Of a stretch of 10,447 nucleotides of DNA, positions 7,927 to 10,447 are shown in pieces. The first letter of the stretch is position 1. Every line of letters starts with the position of its first letter. The notes under the pieces are model-generated. The model ran no database searches. It saw only the letters and a list, made by a program, of their open reading frames with translations, and had not been told where the DNA came from. Both the position numbers and the translations under genes were made by a program. The stretch comes from an uncultured archaeon (GTDB lineage: Archaea; Iainarchaeota; Iainarchaeia; Iainarchaeales; GCA-2688035), in NCBI GenBank assembly GCA_964354805.1, contig CAYHBD010000031.1, positions 1-10,447 of the forward strand, read 5' to 3'.

Positions 7927-8217
7927 ATGGCTCAGCCTTTTCAAAAGAGAAAGTCAAGTGGCTGGGTTTCGCGAAAGCGCCAAGCCCACGGTGAAATGTT
8001 TCTAAGCCAGAGAAAAAAACTTTTAGACAGAAGAACTAGTTTACTGCACGAAATAGGCGCCTTGCAAGATAGGGTGGCTGCTTTGGAAAGAGCAGGCAAA
8101 CTGGATGATTTGCATCCAAAAACAAGCCGCACCAACAGGGAAGTATTTGCCAGTTCGCTCGAAAAAAAGCATAAGAGTTTGAACCGAACAGAAGCCCACT
8201 TAAAGCAGTTTGATTAA
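7927..8217 (+). CDS. Small basic hypothetical protein (96 aa), predicted coiled-coil hairpin
   Basis: Fills the gap between gcvT and the next gene, with an ATG start and a TATA-like box at -30. K/R-rich N-terminus. Heptad-like helices LLHEIGALQDRVAALE and LEKKHKSLNRTEAHLK. Confidence 0.75.
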   Translation: MAQPFQKRKSSGWVSRKRQAHGEMFLSQRKKLLDRRTSLLHEIGALQDRVAALERAGKLDDLHPKTSRTNREVFASSLEKKHKSLNRTEAHLKQFD

Positions 8218-8233
8218 AATCAATGCTAGCCGG

Positions 8234-8284
8234 TTACTTCAGCAGCCCTTTTTCGCGCAGAGCTTGCTCTATGCGCTGCCTTTC
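8234..8284 (-). pseudogene. Stub duplicating the last 17 codons of the glutaredoxin-like gene
   Basis: ERQRIEQALREKGLLK* versus ERQKIEQALKEKGLLK* at 10287-10237. 43/51 nt identical, and the stop-proximal 21 nt are exact. Confidence 0.95.
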
Positions 8285-8288
8285 TGCC

Positions 8289-10127
8289 TTATGGCGGGCA
8301 TCCTGCCCTGTTCCATAGCTTCATTTTCTGCATTAGTGCCAGCATTGTCCTTTCGCCTCTTTTCCACTGGGGAATATATTCGTTTATTAATGTTGGCGTG
8401 TCAACGCATTCTTGTGTTTGAGTGCAACCGCTTTTGTCAAGCGTGCATTGTGCTGTGCATCCAAGCGTTCCGCCTGCGAATCCAAGTGCAGTGCAGGTTG
8501 TTGGCACGTTTGTTGAATCGCATTCCTCGTTTCCTTGTATAATGCCATCGCCGCATTCTGGTACATGGCAAGCTCCGCAGTCCTCTGGGCAATTGGAGCA
8601 GTTTTCCACGATTTGCTCATCGCATATTCTGTCGCCGCAAAAAAGCTCATGTTTTACATTCATCATTGCATCTAAATAGGCTTCTCTTTGCGCATTGTAC
8701 TCTTCTTTTGAATTGCACTCTCTTCGCTCATACTGGCCTCTGGGGTAAGGGGTGGTTCGAGTAGGATCAGAGCCGCAAAGTATTCTTGTAAAACTAGGCG
8801 GGTTTGTTAAAAATTCATAGTCGTCTGTTAATCCCTTTGAAGGCCCCATTTCATATCCATTGGTGTTTTTTGCCAGAGCAATAAGAACCCCATCCCACCC
8901 GGCTGGCTCCCAATACCAAATATGGGTCCTGCCTACATAGTAAGCATAGATTTCATCGTTATAGCTTCCGCCGTGTAGTGCAGGCATTTTAAGGCCGGTG
9001 AGGTTGTAATAATTTTTTCCAGACACTTTGCGATTTACGAAATTCACTTCCTGAAAATAGCGTGAACCCTCTATCCAGCCTTCTGTTCCAAATAAAACTG
9101 CTGGGTTCTCGGAGTCAGAAAAACCAGCAAGAATGTTGTCATAATATTTGTTTCTATACTGTTCATCTCCTTCCGGCGGGTTTTGTTTTGGGGATGGATA
9201 AAAACCAATCAAAAAATCACGGTTAACCTTCTTAACTTCAGTTTTCAAGTTTGTTGCAAGCCCTTTAATATCGTCTGCAAGAAAACTATAATAATCATCT
9301 AAGCAGCCATTTTCACTTAGCCAGACCACTCTTCTTGCTCTTTCTTCAAAACTGGGGCCGGTTGGTTTAGGCGCTTGCCCTTGTGAACATCTTCCAGCGC
9401 TAAGGTATTTGTTAAAAATGAAGTCTTCAAAGCCGAATTCTTCGGTTAGGTAATGGGGTTGGGTAAAACTATCGGAGTATTTAAAATTCCCGATAAGATA
9501 AAGTTCAAAATCAAAGAGGACTCCATCTACTCTATGCCTCTCTGTCTGGTCTAATTTAGCCAAAGCAACAGCAACATCTGTCAAATGTCGCCAGTATTTT
9601 TCATCCCAGGGGCTTACCATGCAGCCCTCTATGCCATTGCTAAAAACTGCTCTATGTTCAGCTACCGCTGATACATAATCACCATAATAAGCATCATCAC
9701 CATCATAATCAGCATCACAGGGTAATTGAAATTTGCTGCTGCCCTGGTACCATCTCTCAAAGTAGTTTGTAAACCAAACTGATACAAAATTCAGCATATT
9801 TTTTTCGTATGCTTTTTCGGAATAATCTACAATTGCCTGAGGCAAGTGATCGGGATACTTTACTCCGTCTGAGAAATCGAGCTGGGCCAGCCTGTGATTA
9901 TCAGTAGAAATAACAAGAGTATTTATTCCGTGTTCTTTGAGTATGTCTATTGCCTCTAAATCGCTAGTGGATGAATTTAAATTCTGGCTGGTAAAGTCTG
10001 CTGCTGCTATTTTCCCCCTCGAAACCATCTCTTGAAAGCTGCCAAGAGCCATGGCGGGGGCTGCTGCAAATAAGAACATTACCGCAAGAGTAATTGCAAT
10101 AAGTACGGCTCTTGGTTTCAATTTCAA
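8289..10127 (-). CDS. Secreted or surface putative glycoside hydrolase-like (TIM-barrel, GHL10-like) protein with Cys-rich repeats and a dockerin-like C-terminal module
   Basis: TTG start. Signal peptide aa 1-27 ending A-M-A. Pattern LKEHGINTLVI ... SPWDEKYW ... VDGVLFDFELY ... LKTEVKKVNRDFLIGFYP resembles GHL10-like barrels. CGDRICD and CGDGIIQGNEECD repeats at about 8639-8420. Terminal CVDTPTLINEYIPQWKRGERTMLALMQKMKLW. The CDS is secure; the family call is by eye. Confidence 0.7.
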   Translation of the reverse strand: MKLKPRAVLIAITLAVMFLFAAAPAMALGSFQEMVSRGKIAAADFTSQNLNSSTSDLEAIDILKEHGINTLVISTDNHRLAQLDFSDGVKYPDHLPQAIVDYSEKAYEKNMLNFVSVWFTNYFERWYQGSSKFQLPCDADYDGDDAYYGDYVSAVAEHRAVFSNGIEGCMVSPWDEKYWRHLTDVAVALAKLDQTERHRVDGVLFDFELYLIGNFKYSDSFTQPHYLTEEFGFEDFIFNKYLSAGRCSQGQAPKPTGPSFEERARRVVWLSENGCLDDYYSFLADDIKGLATNLKTEVKKVNRDFLIGFYPSPKQNPPEGDEQYRNKYYDNILAGFSDSENPAVLFGTEGWIEGSRYFQEVNFVNRKVSGKNYYNLTGLKMPALHGGSYNDEIYAYYVGRTHIWYWEPAGWDGVLIALAKNTNGYEMGPSKGLTDDYEFLTNPPSFTRILCGSDPTRTTPYPRGQYERRECNSKEEYNAQREAYLDAMMNVKHELFCGDRICDEQIVENCSNCPEDCGACHVPECGDGIIQGNEECDSTNVPTTCTALGFAGGTLGCTAQCTLDKSGCTQTQECVDTPTLINEYIPQWKRGERTMLALMQKMKLWNRAGCPP

Positions 10128-10149
10128 TCAATAGATTAAAGCGCTTTGT

Positions 10150-10157
10150 TTAATAAA
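10150..10157 (-). promoter_or_regulatory. Putative archaeal TATA box of the 612-aa gene
   Basis: TTTATTAA begins exactly 30 nt upstream of TTG 10127, with an A-rich stretch upstream and no SD. Consistent with a leaderless transcript. Confidence 0.55.
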
Positions 10158-10220
10158 AATTTATTGTTTGAATTTTAGGGCGGTTCTTGCTTAATCCTTT
10201 AGATTCCTATTTTGCTTTTC

Positions 10221-10236
10221 AAAAATCAGAAAAAAA
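10221..10236 (-). terminator. T-tract (archaeal-type) terminator after the glutaredoxin-like gene
   Basis: TTTTTTTCTGATTTTT immediately follows the TAA. Confidence 0.5.
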
Positions 10237-10447
10237 TTACTTCAGCAGCCCTTTTTCTTTCAGCGCCTGCTCTATTTTCTGCCTTTCAAAGCCCTCGATG
10301 ATTATTCCGTCAATGTCAGTTAAGGGCAGCACTACCTCTTTGCTTCCCTCCGGCCGAACGCTTCTCCTCTTTTCAACCATTTCTTTTGCCCTTCCCTTGT
10401 CCTCTATTACATCATACTCCTCAAATGCAACATTATAGCGCCGCAGC
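10237..10447 (-). CDS. Glutaredoxin/NrdH-like thioredoxin-fold protein, 3' part only (5' end outside window; not in the ORF track)
   Basis: Open frame 10446-10237: LRRYNVAFEEYDVIEDKGRAKEMVEKRRSVRPEGSKEVVLPLTDIDGIIIEGFERQKIEQALKEKGLLK*. It matches the NrdH/YruB-like pattern V-x-F-E-E-x-D-V ... EM ... P-x-x-x-IDG-x-x-I-x-GF. The CxxC site is not visible. Confidence 0.8.
   Translation of the reverse strand, partial: LRRYNVAFEEYDVIEDKGRAKEMVEKRRSVRPEGSKEVVLPLTDIDGIIIEGFERQKIEQALKEKGLLK

Larger units (their letters stand above)
8234..10287. mobile_element. Putative inserted segment bounded by 51-bp imperfect direct repeats (2003-bp period), one cargo gene, no recombinase
   Basis: Direct repeats at 8234-8284 and 10237-10287 derive from the glutaredoxin 3' end. 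The cargo stop codon (8289-8291) lies 4 bp from the repeat. Confidence 0.6.

Noticed and set aside
10187-10438. 83-aa plus-strand ORF
   Set aside because: Antisense to the glutaredoxin-like frame, which has the recognisable protein pattern.

Overview
Compact, probably archaeal window. TATA-like boxes about 30 nt upstream of start codons, T-tract terminators and the style of the secreted protein suggest a DPANN-type lineage (inference). It holds a glycine/serine one-carbon cluster of bacterial-type enzymes: glyA-folD on + converging on gcvT-gcvH-gcvPA-gcvPB-lipA on -. No L-protein (lpdA), lipoate/octanoate ligase or fhs is in the window. Two ~95-aa basic orphan ORFs bracket the cluster. They are followed by a 612-aa secreted glycoside-hydrolase-like protein with Cys-rich repeats and the 3' end of a glutaredoxin-like gene. 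The most unusual signal is that the short intergenic spacers contain diverged copies ('stubs') of the ends of neighbouring genes. Three are clear: a 51-bp copy of the glutaredoxin 3' end bracketing the hydrolase gene as a 2003-bp integrase-free insertion, a 39-bp copy of the lipA 3' end, and a copy of the gcvPB 5' end with its own SD. Weaker echoes follow glyA, gcvH and the glutaredoxin. Mismatches are mostly synonymous or conservative, suggesting repeated in-place gene-end replacement or insertion by homologous DNA.
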